Positions 10,204 to 19,937 of a stretch of 64,000 bases of DNA are shown one piece after another. This DNA comes from a virus. The notes beneath the pieces are model-generated. The model saw only the letters and a program-made list of their open reading frames with translations. It was not told the DNA's origin and made no database searches. The translations under genes and the position numbers were made by a program. How positions within the stretch are numbered: position 1 is the first letter of the stretch; each line of letters begins with the position of its first letter. The stretch is taken from the IMG/VR virus record IMGVR_UViG_3300030329_001671, positions 1-64,000 of that record, one strand, 5' to 3'.

Positions 10204-10554
10204 ATGAGTTACGAAAAGTATATGTTAACTAGAGAGGTAGAAAAGGTAACACTAGATCTACCTTATGAGGAAGATGAAGAACAACTAGAAGTGTCTGTTA
10301 GACCTCTATCGTGGTCTAAGAAAAACTCGCTAGTGTCTCAGTGTACTAATTACACAGGAGATGGGGGTGTAGCTTTCGATGGGCAAAGGTACATCAATGA
10401 AGTATTGAAGTACATTATTACCGAAGCCCCGTGGGGAGCCACAACTGATATGTTCTTGGCTAAGGTAGATTTAAGTTTAGGAGGAGCCTTAGAAAAATTA
10501 GTTCCTTCCGCTACGGATTCAGATGTAGCTGAAAATGCTGAAAATTTAGCGTAA
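10204..10554 (+). CDS. Tail assembly chaperone (gpG-like)
   Basis: Lies between tube and tape-measure-like genes; ends in slippery heptamer A AAT TTA. Confidence 0.7.
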   Translation: MSYEKYMLTREVEKVTLDLPYEEDEEQLEVSVRPLSWSKKNSLVSQCTNYTGDGGVAFDGQRYINEVLKYIITEAPWGATTDMFLAKVDLSLGGALEKLVPSATDSDVAENAENLA

Positions 10555-10775
10555 AGGTCCTATCCTACTTTAGAGGTAGGAAGGATGCTTTAAGTGTAGA
10601 CGAACTTAGGCATATAAGTTATTGGGGTATGGTTATGCGGTTGCTAGATGCCGGGTTCACTTATGATGTAATCCAAGACTTACATGAGGGTGATTTGACT
10701 TCTATATTAGCTATATTAGCTGCTAGGGATAAAAAAATGCACGAGGATCAACAGGCTAATGCCCACCGACGTTAG
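10542..10775 (+). CDS. -1 frameshift extension of the tail assembly chaperone (gpGT-like)
   Basis: The -1 frame is open from 10542 to TAG 10773-10775 (FSVKVLSYFRGRKDALS...LLDAGFTYDVIQDL...), with a hairpin just downstream of the slip site. Confidence 0.7.
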   Translation, partial: KFSVKVLSYFRGRKDALSVDELRHISYWGMVMRLLDAGFTYDVIQDLHEGDLTSILAILAARDKKMHEDQQANAHRR

Positions 10776-11964
10776 CGGAACTATAAATATCATTGCCGAA
10801 GTGGTAGGCCGTAATCAAACGATGTCTAGTGCTGGACATGATATTACCGAAGCTAAGGATAAGCGCACCAAGGAGAAAAATAGAAAAAATCTCCTTGGTG
10901 TTGCCTTAGAAATGAAAACCTTAGTTAAGATTCTCACTGTTGGAGGATTGGTATATCAATCTAAAGTTCTGTCACAAAGTTTGAGTACAATAGGAAATCT
11001 TTTAGGATTTTTAGTTGACGTTCTCTTATTGCCTTTCGTACCGTTATTTACGAGAGGTTTAAACGTTATGGCAAACATTCTAAATGCTGCGAATAACTTT
11101 GAATGGCCAAAGGGCAAAGAAGGTTGGAAAACAGTTTGGGAAGATTTGTTAGCGTGGTGGCAGAAGCAATGGGATGAAAAAGGTGGTTTAGTCGGCATTA
11201 TAAAAGAATTCTTTTTGGATGTCACTGGAACTATTTTACTAACGGCTTTACTGTCTACTCTTGTGTTTGGACCTAAAACTGGAATGTGGATTCTCAGTAA
11301 TACATTTGGATGGGGAACCGGACAAGGGGTTCGGCTAACTAAAAGCTTTTTAGGTACTTTACTTGGGTGGAGTAAACAGGTAGGGTCCGCTTTAATAAAT
11401 GCGACTAAAATGGGAGTAACCCTTATTGGGGAAGGGCTCGCAAGTTCAGGCACACTCCTAAGACGAATGTTTCCAAAGTCCGCCGCCCTATTTACGAAAA
11501 AACTGGTGAGTAGCGCATTTGGACTAGTTCATTATTTACCGGGAGGTAGGAAGGCAACTAGATCGGCAAGTAGAGCAGCTAGACTAGGGTGGGCAGCTCT
11601 ATTGTTCTCTACTAGTTACATAGGTGGAAAACTAGGGATAGTAAAAAACATTCTCACGAGTTTAGGTATACAAGCCACATTGATGAGTGTAGGTAAATTA
11701 GTTCTATTAAAATTTTTATTCGTTCTTTTTGTAGGAGCCGTTGTAGTTACCGGAGCAATGGTAATTAACTATATATTACAAAAAACCATTGGAAAGTCTC
11801 TTGGCGAAGTAATACCTTTTGTAAACACAAACAAAACGTATGAACAGGAATATAATGATGCAATGGCTTGGATGAGAATGTTTGGGTTTGACCCAAGAAC
11901 ATTCATGATGGGAGCTTTTGGTGGCACTTATGGTGTTGGTGGTGTAGGAGGTAATAGGCAATAA
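10759..11964 (+). CDS. Tape-measure-like membrane protein, paralog 1
   Basis: Canonical TMP position; hydrophobic/amphipathic helices with W spacing. Confidence 0.55.
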   Translation: MPTDVSGTINIIAEVVGRNQTMSSAGHDITEAKDKRTKEKNRKNLLGVALEMKTLVKILTVGGLVYQSKVLSQSLSTIGNLLGFLVDVLLLPFVPLFTRGLNVMANILNAANNFEWPKGKEGWKTVWEDLLAWWQKQWDEKGGLVGIIKEFFLDVTGTILLTALLSTLVFGPKTGMWILSNTFGWGTGQGVRLTKSFLGTLLGWSKQVGSALINATKMGVTLIGEGLASSGTLLRRMFPKSAALFTKKLVSSAFGLVHYLPGGRKATRSASRAARLGWAALLFSTSYIGGKLGIVKNILTSLGIQATLMSVGKLVLLKFLFVLFVGAVVVTGAMVINYILQKTIGKSLGEVIPFVNTNKTYEQEYNDAMAWMRMFGFDPRTFMMGAFGGTYGVGGVGGNRQ

Positions 11965-13064
11965 TGGCCTCTGATGTCGGTGGAACTATACATATAATTG
12001 CAGAAGTTATGGGGGATGCCTCTTCTCCCCTTGCGGGTCAAGGTGAGGCTGTTGGTCCTAGACAGCGAAAGCAACAAAGAGAAGAAGCTAAAACCATTTT
12101 TGGTATGACGATTAGTGCATTAACCATAATTAAAGCCTTAACTATTGGGGGACTCCTTCGATACTCTAAAGTTATCTCTATGACAGTAAATTCTATGATG
12201 TTTATGTTAGGGATATTTTTGGATATATTTTTACTTCCTCTAACCCCTATGATTATGAGAGTATTTAACACTGTTTTTCCCATACTTGGCTATTTAGATA
12301 AGCTTAGAACAGGAGAAAAGTCTTGGGGAGATATATGGGGAGATATAGGAAAGTGGTGGAATAAGCAATACCACGAACATGGATTTTTCGGGGCTTTAAA
12401 AGAAATTTTTGCTACTATGACAGGGGGAGTTGTACTTGCTTTCTTGTTTGCTAGCGTAGTTCCCGGACTAAGTGGGAAATGGGTTTTAAATAATGTATTT
12501 AAAATACTCGGTGGACGATTCTTATGGAACGAGTTAACTTCTTGGTTCGGATTCAAGAAAACTTATACGGCTCGTAAAAAGAATATGGAAGCGATGAAAA
12601 GAGGAAGAAAGCTTAAACATGGGCTTCTAACTACAAAAAGTATGATGGCTCACTATTGGGATAAAGGAGCTTACCTACTAAAAGAGAATATGCGTAGAGC
12701 GTTAGATTTAGCAGTTGATTTATCGACTACATTTGGGGGAAGATTGTGGAAAGCCTTAGCCTTTAGGGGCAGAATGGTAATACCTATTTTATCTGCTTTA
12801 TTAGGAGGTTTAGGTTTAGCTAAATTAGGTAAGTATGGAACTTTAGCCTTACTACTTGGTGCAATTCTTTATGTTAGTGCGATGACAGCTAAGGAAGCGG
12901 TAGAAAAAGTAAAAGAATATCTACCTCAGGTAGACATACCAGATATGCCCAACATGACAGAGATACCTGATTGGATACAGCAAACTATTAATAACCTAGA
13001 TGAAGCTTTGTCTGGCAATTGGGGAACTCCTGAAATTAGTGGGACTAGAAACTTAGGCCAATAA
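11964..13064 (+). CDS. Tape-measure-like protein, paralog 2
   Basis: DV.GTI.IIAEV.G, GGL..YSKV.S and WW.KQ shared with 10759..11964. Confidence 0.55.
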   Translation: MASDVGGTIHIIAEVMGDASSPLAGQGEAVGPRQRKQQREEAKTIFGMTISALTIIKALTIGGLLRYSKVISMTVNSMMFMLGIFLDIFLLPLTPMIMRVFNTVFPILGYLDKLRTGEKSWGDIWGDIGKWWNKQYHEHGFFGALKEIFATMTGGVVLAFLFASVVPGLSGKWVLNNVFKILGGRFLWNELTSWFGFKKTYTARKKNMEAMKRGRKLKHGLLTTKSMMAHYWDKGAYLLKENMRRALDLAVDLSTTFGGRLWKALAFRGRMVIPILSALLGGLGLAKLGKYGTLALLLGAILYVSAMTAKEAVEKVKEYLPQVDIPDMPNMTEIPDWIQQTINNLDEALSGNWGTPEISGTRNLGQ

Positions 13065-13084
13065 TTAACGAGGATTAATGTAAA

Positions 13085-13513
13085 ATGGCGGCAACTTTAG
13101 ATGTAACTTTAAAATTTACTCCATCAGGGGGGTCATTGACGACATACTCTTTACAGGTAGAAGAGTTAGTTGTTAATATACGTCGTCAACCTTTGCACCA
13201 GCCTATTCCGGGATCTGACCCCCTACAAAACGACTTCGGACTAAGTGACCCTAATGTACGAGTTAGAGGTATTCTTCCAATAGCCCCCGGTAGTGACGGA
13301 ACGAATACTATATGCGATAAAGTGCAATTAGAGGATGTGGTAACGGATCATTACCAAAATGATATCACGCTAACCATAGGGGCGGGTTCAGGAGATGCTA
13401 GCGCACAGGCTTACGTAGGAAAAATTCAAGATTTTTCTGCAACTTTAAATGCTGGTAAAGAAGAAGTTTACTGGACATACTCCCTTACGTTATTAGCTCA
13501 ATTGAGGTCTTAA
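13085..13513 (+). CDS. Distal tail (Dit-like) protein
   Basis: 142 aa beta-rich protein in the tail-tip position (P.PG.D...DFG, YSLTL). Confidence 0.45.
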   Translation: MAATLDVTLKFTPSGGSLTTYSLQVEELVVNIRRQPLHQPIPGSDPLQNDFGLSDPNVRVRGILPIAPGSDGTNTICDKVQLEDVVTDHYQNDITLTIGAGSGDASAQAYVGKIQDFSATLNAGKEEVYWTYSLTLLAQLRS

Positions 13514-13515
13514 TC

Positions 13516-14682
13516 ATGGCTGCAAATGGCGTTATAGGCATTACTGCCCAAATATTAGAAAGCACCGACCTTGATGGGCAACAACAACCTACCCCAGATA
13601 TGTCTCTACTACAAAGAATTTCTGTAAGTCTACGTAACATGAGACAGAACTGGAAAAAGATGGTGGGAAGTAAGGCGACAGGCTTGTTTTGGATTATGTT
13701 AGCTAACTCTAAAATTGCCCAAACTCTTATAAATACAACCTTCCGTATGATAGCCACTCTTATGGATATCATAGTAGGAGCCTATATACTTCCTATTCTT
13801 AGATGGATTATAGAAAATCTAGGGGGTCTTATAGACACATTCCAAAATGTCGTAGAGGGACTTTGGAATTGGATGAAAGATACATTTGGACCTGTTTGGG
13901 ATTGGATAAAAGGAGCGGCTATGGAGGCTTGGGCAGCCATAGGTGAAATGGCGGGATTGTTAGGATTTGAAGGCGTGAAGGAAAACGTAGATTCTCAAGT
14001 AGAGCAGTTCTATAAAGATAAAGTTCTTTCAGAACTTACCCAAGAGGAATTAGAGGCTTGGGCAAAGGATCCCAATACTGGTCTTATAAAGGGCGGACCT
14101 ATTCCACCCGAACATTGGAAGTCGTTGTTAGAAGACGACCCCGATTTAGAAGGATACAATCCCGATTTGGAAGAGGAAGAAGACTTCGAGGAAGTATCGT
14201 GGGTTTATCAGAATGGTCCGGGCGCACCCGCAGATGGGAAACTAACGGCTGATAAAGTTGCTCTAGCAAACGCTAGAGGAGATTTAAAGTTAGTAGATGA
14301 ACAGTTTACGGAATCCGATATGGACGATGATAGTGACTCGTTTTGGACTAGTTGGCTTGATGGTGTAGAGCAGTTTGGATGGACTGACGTTCAATCGTGG
14401 TTTGATAATGGTACACAAGAGAACGAGGGAGGCCTTAGTTGGGAATGGGTTTTAACGGCAATGTTTGGAGATCATTTCGGAAGTAGTAAGGCTAGTGGAC
14501 AAGAGGTTGTAGAATCTCTGATTGATGCTTCCATTGAAGGTACAGAAGGTTCGCTTGATACGACATCAAGATATGCAAATGAAAATCCATTTCCATATTA
14601 CGAACCTTATATGGGAGGCACTACAATGCACCCCTTACCCGGTGTTGGTTCAGACTCACAGTATTGGTTCTCAGCGCAGTAA
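13516..14682 (+). CDS. Tape-measure-like protein, paralog 3 (acidic C-terminus)
   Basis: N-terminal GVIGITAQIL, NSKIAQT...LMDII...LP, and W..IK amphipathic repeats. Confidence 0.5.
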   Translation: MAANGVIGITAQILESTDLDGQQQPTPDMSLLQRISVSLRNMRQNWKKMVGSKATGLFWIMLANSKIAQTLINTTFRMIATLMDIIVGAYILPILRWIIENLGGLIDTFQNVVEGLWNWMKDTFGPVWDWIKGAAMEAWAAIGEMAGLLGFEGVKENVDSQVEQFYKDKVLSELTQEELEAWAKDPNTGLIKGGPIPPEHWKSLLEDDPDLEGYNPDLEEEEDFEEVSWVYQNGPGAPADGKLTADKVALANARGDLKLVDEQFTESDMDDDSDSFWTSWLDGVEQFGWTDVQSWFDNGTQENEGGLSWEWVLTAMFGDHFGSSKASGQEVVESLIDASIEGTEGSLDTTSRYANENPFPYYEPYMGGTTMHPLPGVGSDSQYWFSAQ

Positions 14683-14697
14683 AGAGGAATTGAATAT

Positions 14698-17130
14698 ATG
14701 GTAGCAACATTACAACATGGTAGCAGTTTCGGAACAACAGAAACCCAAACTATCCGAATACGAATAGTGGATGAAATAAATCACCCTAAATATTTAGAGG
14801 TTGATGTCGCTAGTCCCGCAGGTAACCGTAAAACCACGTATAACCCTTTCGATGAAGTTAGAATCGTGGAGTCGGATGTTACGGATGATCCAGTTTTATT
14901 CCGAGGCAAGATAGTCAAAATTAGTAGTCCTATTCACCCACAATTTGGGCAAGTTGTTAAGTTTATAGCGTTTGATAATTTACGAGAATTACATAATCTT
15001 AGAATCAACGATGGAGATTATAGTCAAAATGGTATAGATGCTTTAATTAACCATTTAATTAGAGAGCATGTTAAAACTATTAGCTCCTCTGGTATAAACT
15101 TACCTTCGGTAGACTCTAATACAACTAAGTTTACGTCTTCTGAAAATACGGGTGGCAGGACCGTTTACGCTAAAAATACAGGCAAATCTATATTACAAGT
15201 TTGTCAAGAACTCGCTGAAGTAGATCCGTGGACTAACACACCACAAACAGATACAAATTATGGATTTCATTTTTATATAGATGAAGATAATGACTTTAAC
15301 TACTATCGAAATGAAACTGTTCCTTCTAACGCCTACACTAACGGACTTAAAATAGTTTCGGGAGCCACTAGTGAAACCGACCTACAAAGACCAATGTTAG
15401 TTGGAGATTCGTGGGATGAGATAACGGATGACGTTATAACCGAAATTAAGTGTAACTATACCTTGGCTGGCGAACCTAAAGTTTTGAGGCTAAAAAGACT
15501 TACTCATCAATCGGTAGGGGGTTCTGGATATCCGTTTCACGCTAATGATGAAATTAGAGGTCAAAGTAGCGGAACAGTTGCTAAAGTTCAATTAGTCACT
15601 AGTTTGGCTTTAATAGTATCACATGTAGATGAGGGAGATAACGAGGTTCCAGTGTTTACGGCTGGTGAAACTATTGTTTCTACTAAGGTAGATAGGAATA
15701 GTGACGGAGTTTATAATACAGATACAGGAACATCCGCAGATGAAACTGGTCATGCTAGTTCTAATCCTGTATATAAATATTCTGTGGCAGATGGAGCTAC
15801 TGGACACGGAACATCCGCATATGTGACAACTGCTGGAGCATCTGCTGTATTTACGACTACTCCAGAAATTGAACTAGGCCAAAAGAGCGTTATAGAGTTA
15901 AATCTTCCAGAATTTAATTTCCCTTCGGGATTTTCCGACATCTCAGCTAGATCAAATGTAGCCACAGTAGCTGCCCCTTATTTAACCAAATCCTTTTTGG
16001 ATATCGACGTTTACACACATAGAAAAGGAATTTGTCAGATAGTTGGATTTCCATGGTATAGAACAGGAGGTAGTACTTATGTAGTTAGGGCAGGAAATGA
16101 AGTCTACTGCCAACAAAATGTAATACACGCCATAGCAGACAACTACACAGTATCTAAAATTGATTATGTTCAAGATTATGGAAGTGGTATGGCTAAGTCT
16201 ACTCTCTATGTAACTGACTCTAATGCGGGTGCTTGGAGGAGAACTTTAGTACAAGAGGCAAAAAAGGTGGGTGAGGACGCACCTAAAAATGCTGTTGACT
16301 CTGTGGGTAGGGGTCAGCTAGCATTTTTTAATGACGCAACCGCAAGTGGCTATATCCCAACTTCATCTGCAAGCCCAACTTATGGCATGTTTAGATATGC
16401 GTTAGACGGTGGTGGGGGTTCAGCAGATACACTAGCCTTCCTATCGGGACAAACTAGTGGTACTCCCGCAGCAGCAACGGCGGGATCCGCATTTTGGTCC
16501 ATGCTGAATGAAAGTGATGGCTCTACGGGCAGTAGACTTCTTTTTGAACCTATAGTTGATTATGACACAACTGATACTACTAAGAATCGTGCATGGATTG
16601 GATACCATAATTACCTATTCGGAATACAAGCTTATTACCAAAACGCAGGTACCGGAAGTGCGTCGTTCCCCGCCCACACTTTTATTACCGATACTAATAC
16701 TGGTATGTATCTTTCAAGCTCTGACACTATAGGGTTTTCTACTGGCGGTACTGCACGAGCTACTCTTAGTTCAAGTGGTCTTGCGATAGTCTCAAGCGTG
16801 GCTAGTGACGTTGAAGTTAACATAAATTCCTCTACTGGGTTACTTACTAAAGTAAGCTCTTCTAGACGTTATAAAGATAATATAGCAGACTTAGGTATAA
16901 ATACAGAAAATATTTATGATTTACGCCCGGTTTCTTTCGACTGGAAAAGTAATGGAAAGCCCGATTTTGGGTATATAGCAGAAGAAGTTCACGAAATATT
17001 ACCTGAACTAACTATTTATGATGATAAAAACAGACCCGAAGCAGTAAAGTATAAACAACTTTCAATTCTTATGTTGGAAGAACTTAAAAAACTTAGAAAA
17101 GAAGTTAAAGAATTAAAGGAGAAATTATAA
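14698..17130 (+). CDS. Baseplate hub/tail spike with C-terminal intramolecular chaperone (peptidase S74)
   Basis: N-terminal hub-like LFRGKIVKI...AFDNL; C-terminal SSRRYKDNI..L...LRPVSFDWK...GYIAEEV...coiled coil. Confidence 0.75.
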   Translation: MVATLQHGSSFGTTETQTIRIRIVDEINHPKYLEVDVASPAGNRKTTYNPFDEVRIVESDVTDDPVLFRGKIVKISSPIHPQFGQVVKFIAFDNLRELHNLRINDGDYSQNGIDALINHLIREHVKTISSSGINLPSVDSNTTKFTSSENTGGRTVYAKNTGKSILQVCQELAEVDPWTNTPQTDTNYGFHFYIDEDNDFNYYRNETVPSNAYTNGLKIVSGATSETDLQRPMLVGDSWDEITDDVITEIKCNYTLAGEPKVLRLKRLTHQSVGGSGYPFHANDEIRGQSSGTVAKVQLVTSLALIVSHVDEGDNEVPVFTAGETIVSTKVDRNSDGVYNTDTGTSADETGHASSNPVYKYSVADGATGHGTSAYVTTAGASAVFTTTPEIELGQKSVIELNLPEFNFPSGFSDISARSNVATVAAPYLTKSFLDIDVYTHRKGICQIVGFPWYRTGGSTYVVRAGNEVYCQQNVIHAIADNYTVSKIDYVQDYGSGMAKSTLYVTDSNAGAWRRTLVQEAKKVGEDAPKNAVDSVGRGQLAFFNDATASGYIPTSSASPTYGMFRYALDGGGGSADTLAFLSGQTSGTPAAATAGSAFWSMLNESDGSTGSRLLFEPIVDYDTTDTTKNRAWIGYHNYLFGIQAYYQNAGTGSASFPAHTFITDTNTGMYLSSSDTIGFSTGGTARATLSSSGLAIVSSVASDVEVNINSSTGLLTKVSSSRRYKDNIADLGINTENIYDLRPVSFDWKSNGKPDFGYIAEEVHEILPELTIYDDKNRPEAVKYKQLSILMLEELKKLRKEVKELKEKL

Positions 17131-17315
17131 TGCCAGATGTAACGGTATCATTCACAGACGCACAATGGACTAGGGTTGTAGCAGCATCTTCAGCCATTCT
17201 TTTTCCACCTGATCAGACTGTAGATGTAGATAAGTTGGCAGCTAAATGGAAAACTGAAGTAACTAATGCTGTAAAATCGTATGAACATGAAAATGCTTCT
17301 GTAGCTGAATTCTAA
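17130..17315 (+). CDS. Small hypothetical protein
   Basis: TAATG coupling on both sides. Confidence 0.6.
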   Translation: MPDVTVSFTDAQWTRVVAASSAILFPPDQTVDVDKLAAKWKTEVTNAVKSYEHENASVAEF

Positions 17316-17623
17316 TGAAACTTCATAAATGGCGACGTAGACAAGTCAATAAGATGAAGAAAAAAGATCCTGCTAGAACCGCTACAAGCATCGCACAGGA
17401 GCTAGGGATATCTATAAGCAGGGTAACTGAGATATTGAAGCAGGACGGGCTGTATGAGTCTCCGTGGACTTCATTTACCTGTAATTATTGCGGAGAGGAA
17501 AACGCCATCCTAAAATCCGCTTTGGCTCAGAAAAAGCTACGAGGAAACCAAAATCTCTATTGCAATAGGGAACATTACGATAGAGACAGAAATGCTTACC
17601 CTTACTTAAGTAAGGGTACGTAG
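17315..17623 (+). CDS. HTH + zinc-finger protein
   Basis: TSIAQELGISISRVTEIL HTH; CNYC...YCNREH. Confidence 0.6.
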   Translation: MKLHKWRRRQVNKMKKKDPARTATSIAQELGISISRVTEILKQDGLYESPWTSFTCNYCGEENAILKSALAQKKLRGNQNLYCNREHYDRDRNAYPYLSKGT

Positions 17624-17775
17624 GTAGTATAATATAAAGACCTTAAAAATTGACCATTTATTTTTGAAAAACTTGAGTATAATAAAATTATATTTGGGTA
17701 GGAAAATATATAATTCGTCCAATGTTCTTAAATCTATGCTATACTTACAGTCCTATAAAGCTTAAGGAGAGCATA

Positions 17776-18480
17776 TTGAACATACACACAGTAACTTTTA
17801 GTGGAGCGAGCAATGGAACGTCTATTACAAAGATGTGTGACCTCTACGAAACCCATCCATATATTGAATGGGGTATACAAACACCACATTTTGGAGGCGG
17901 GCTTTTTCCTGATGCTGGTTGGGTTAAAGAATTAACCTCTACCGACCTTCCTCTTTCTGCTCATATGTGTTCGGTAAAAGAACTATTAGAGAACTCTAAC
18001 CCGGTAGAAGTATTGTCTATTGAAGGATGGGATTCTTTTCAACGAGTACAGATTAATACTCACGGTCACCCTCACCACACTCAGCACACTACGTTAGAGT
18101 TGTTAAAATCGGATTTATTTTCGGACAAGGAAATTATATTTCAGTTGGATGATGTTCCTATGAACACGTACACATTTGAACTTGCTAACTCATTAGGCGT
18201 AAATGTATCAGGACTATTTGATACTTCTCATGGAAGTGGAACTTCTCCTAGCGTTTGGCCTAAAGCAGATCACGTTCTTTTGGGTGGAAAGTTTGGATAC
18301 TCAGGTGGCTTAGGTCCTGACAACATGAGAACTGTTCTTCCTCAAATTGCTACGGCAGCGGGAGATGCAGACATATGGATTGATATGGAAGGTAAAATAC
18401 GAAATTACGGCACGTTGGATTTTGATAAAATTCAGAGGGTTTTGGACGAAGTTGAAAACTCTGGATATCTAAAGCAATAG
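17776..18480 (+). CDS. PRAI-like TIM-barrel phage protein (probable TTG start 17776)
   Basis: RVQIN, LFDTSHGSG, GYSGGLGPDN, WIDMEGKIR motifs; AAGGAG RBS before the TTG. Confidence 0.65.
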   Translation: MNIHTVTFSGASNGTSITKMCDLYETHPYIEWGIQTPHFGGGLFPDAGWVKELTSTDLPLSAHMCSVKELLENSNPVEVLSIEGWDSFQRVQINTHGHPHHTQHTTLELLKSDLFSDKEIIFQLDDVPMNTYTFELANSLGVNVSGLFDTSHGSGTSPSVWPKADHVLLGGKFGYSGGLGPDNMRTVLPQIATAAGDADIWIDMEGKIRNYGTLDFDKIQRVLDEVENSGYLKQ

Positions 18481-18491
18481 GAGTTAAATTA

Positions 18492-19937
18492 GTGTGGATA
18501 CACATCCCGAAATCAAATACATCAGTCTCTACTCAGGAGGCGGGGGACTCGACCTTGCCTTCAAACTCGCAAATCCAAGTGCTAGAGCAGTCTGTTACGT
18601 GGAAAGGGAAGCATCGAGCCTTGCGCTCTTGGTTGACCACATGCAAACGGGACAATTGGATGATGCGCCTATCTTTGCAGATTCCGGAACCTTCGACGGT
18701 AAACCATGGCGTGGAAAAGTGGATTGGATCATTGGAGGATTCCCTTGTCAGCCCGCCTCCGTTGCAGGACGAAGATCAGGACAAGACGATGAGAGATGGC
18801 TTTTCCCTCACATTAGGAGAATCGTGTCAGAAGCGCAGCCACAAGGGTTGTTCTTGGAGAACGTGCGTGGACTCCTATCTGTTAATGATGGGGGCGGATT
18901 CGAAGAAATCCTCAGGGACTTGGCCAACCTCAGGTACCATGTTGAATGGGGTGTTTACAAAGCGTCCGATGTTGGAGCCAGTCATAGACGAGAACGGGCG
19001 TTCATCTATGCCCAAATGGCCGACCCCCGACACGACGGACAGGAATTACAAGCCAAAGAACTTCCGAAAGGATACGAACTTCAATCCCGAAACGGGTTTG
19101 GGGAGACATTCGGTATCGTTGGGTCAGGTAGTGAGCAGTTGGTCCACCCCTACAGCGAGGGACGTAAAGGGAACCAACAGTCAACCGAAGTTTATGACGC
19201 AACTTCCGAATCAAGTAGCGCACGAATTCGTTCCCAGTTGGAAAGAAGAGTACAGTCAGGATATGAACTGGCCGACTCCCGATACGATGCCCGAAGCACC
19301 GAACCAGAACAGCAACGTGAAGAATCGTCCGAAATCTTTGCTGAAGGCAGCGGAACTAGCCCAAGAAGTGGGGAACAACTGGGCTTCTCCTACTACCTCA
19401 AACGCCAACGACAAGTTCAAGAACCGTCCGAAGGATCCCTCTCGTCTGATGGGACAAGCGGTGATGTGGTCAACTTGGCCGACCCCCACGACTCAGGAGA
19501 CCCCGCATCCCGATATGGAATTAACGGAAACGGGACGACGGAAGACGAAGGACGGAAAGAACAGCCACAGTCTGAACTTACAGGACAGGGTGGCGGGTTG
19601 GAGAACGCCAAGCGCATCAGATCCAGATGGTGGGATAGTGAAGAAGAACTACGGAGGCAATCCGAAGATAAAACTACGGGATCAAGCGTCGAATTGGTCA
19701 ACGCCAATGGCGGGGGACGACGGAGCGAAATCAACGGTGAATTCCCATCAACGGGGATTGATTTCGGATGCAGACCATTTTCATGGCCGCCCCGTCCAAC
19801 AAGCCCTGAGTGGGGACACATCCTCAGGGAAAGACCCGACCTTGCCCCGGCTAAACCCGAAGTTCGTGGAGTGGTTGATGGGTTGGCCGGAGGATTGGGT
19901 AGAGCTGACAAACTTCGCATACTTGGAAACGGAGTAG
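18492..19937 (+). CDS. Overlapping-frame methyltransferase partner (beta chain; W-x-T-P repeats + motif IX)
   Basis: 481-codon frame lying within the MTase gene; about 7 W[PSAR][TS]P repeats and RLNPKFVEWLMGWPEDW. Confidence 0.7.
   Translation: MWIHIPKSNTSVSTQEAGDSTLPSNSQIQVLEQSVTWKGKHRALRSWLTTCKRDNWMMRLSLQIPEPSTVNHGVEKWIGSLEDSLVSPPPLQDEDQDKTMRDGFSLTLGESCQKRSHKGCSWRTCVDSYLLMMGADSKKSSGTWPTSGTMLNGVFTKRPMLEPVIDENGRSSMPKWPTPDTTDRNYKPKNFRKDTNFNPETGLGRHSVSLGQVVSSWSTPTARDVKGTNSQPKFMTQLPNQVAHEFVPSWKEEYSQDMNWPTPDTMPEAPNQNSNVKNRPKSLLKAAELAQEVGNNWASPTTSNANDKFKNRPKDPSRLMGQAVMWSTWPTPTTQETPHPDMELTETGRRKTKDGKNSHSLNLQDRVAGWRTPSASDPDGGIVKKNYGGNPKIKLRDQASNWSTPMAGDDGAKSTVNSHQRGLISDADHFHGRPVQQALSGDTSSGKDPTLPRLNPKFVEWLMGWPEDWVELTNFAYLETE

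Noticed and set aside
17776-18480. trpF tryptophan-biosynthesis auxiliary gene
   Set aside because: Only the PRAI-like fold motifs of a widespread phage family are seen; no other trp genes, and the function is unproven.
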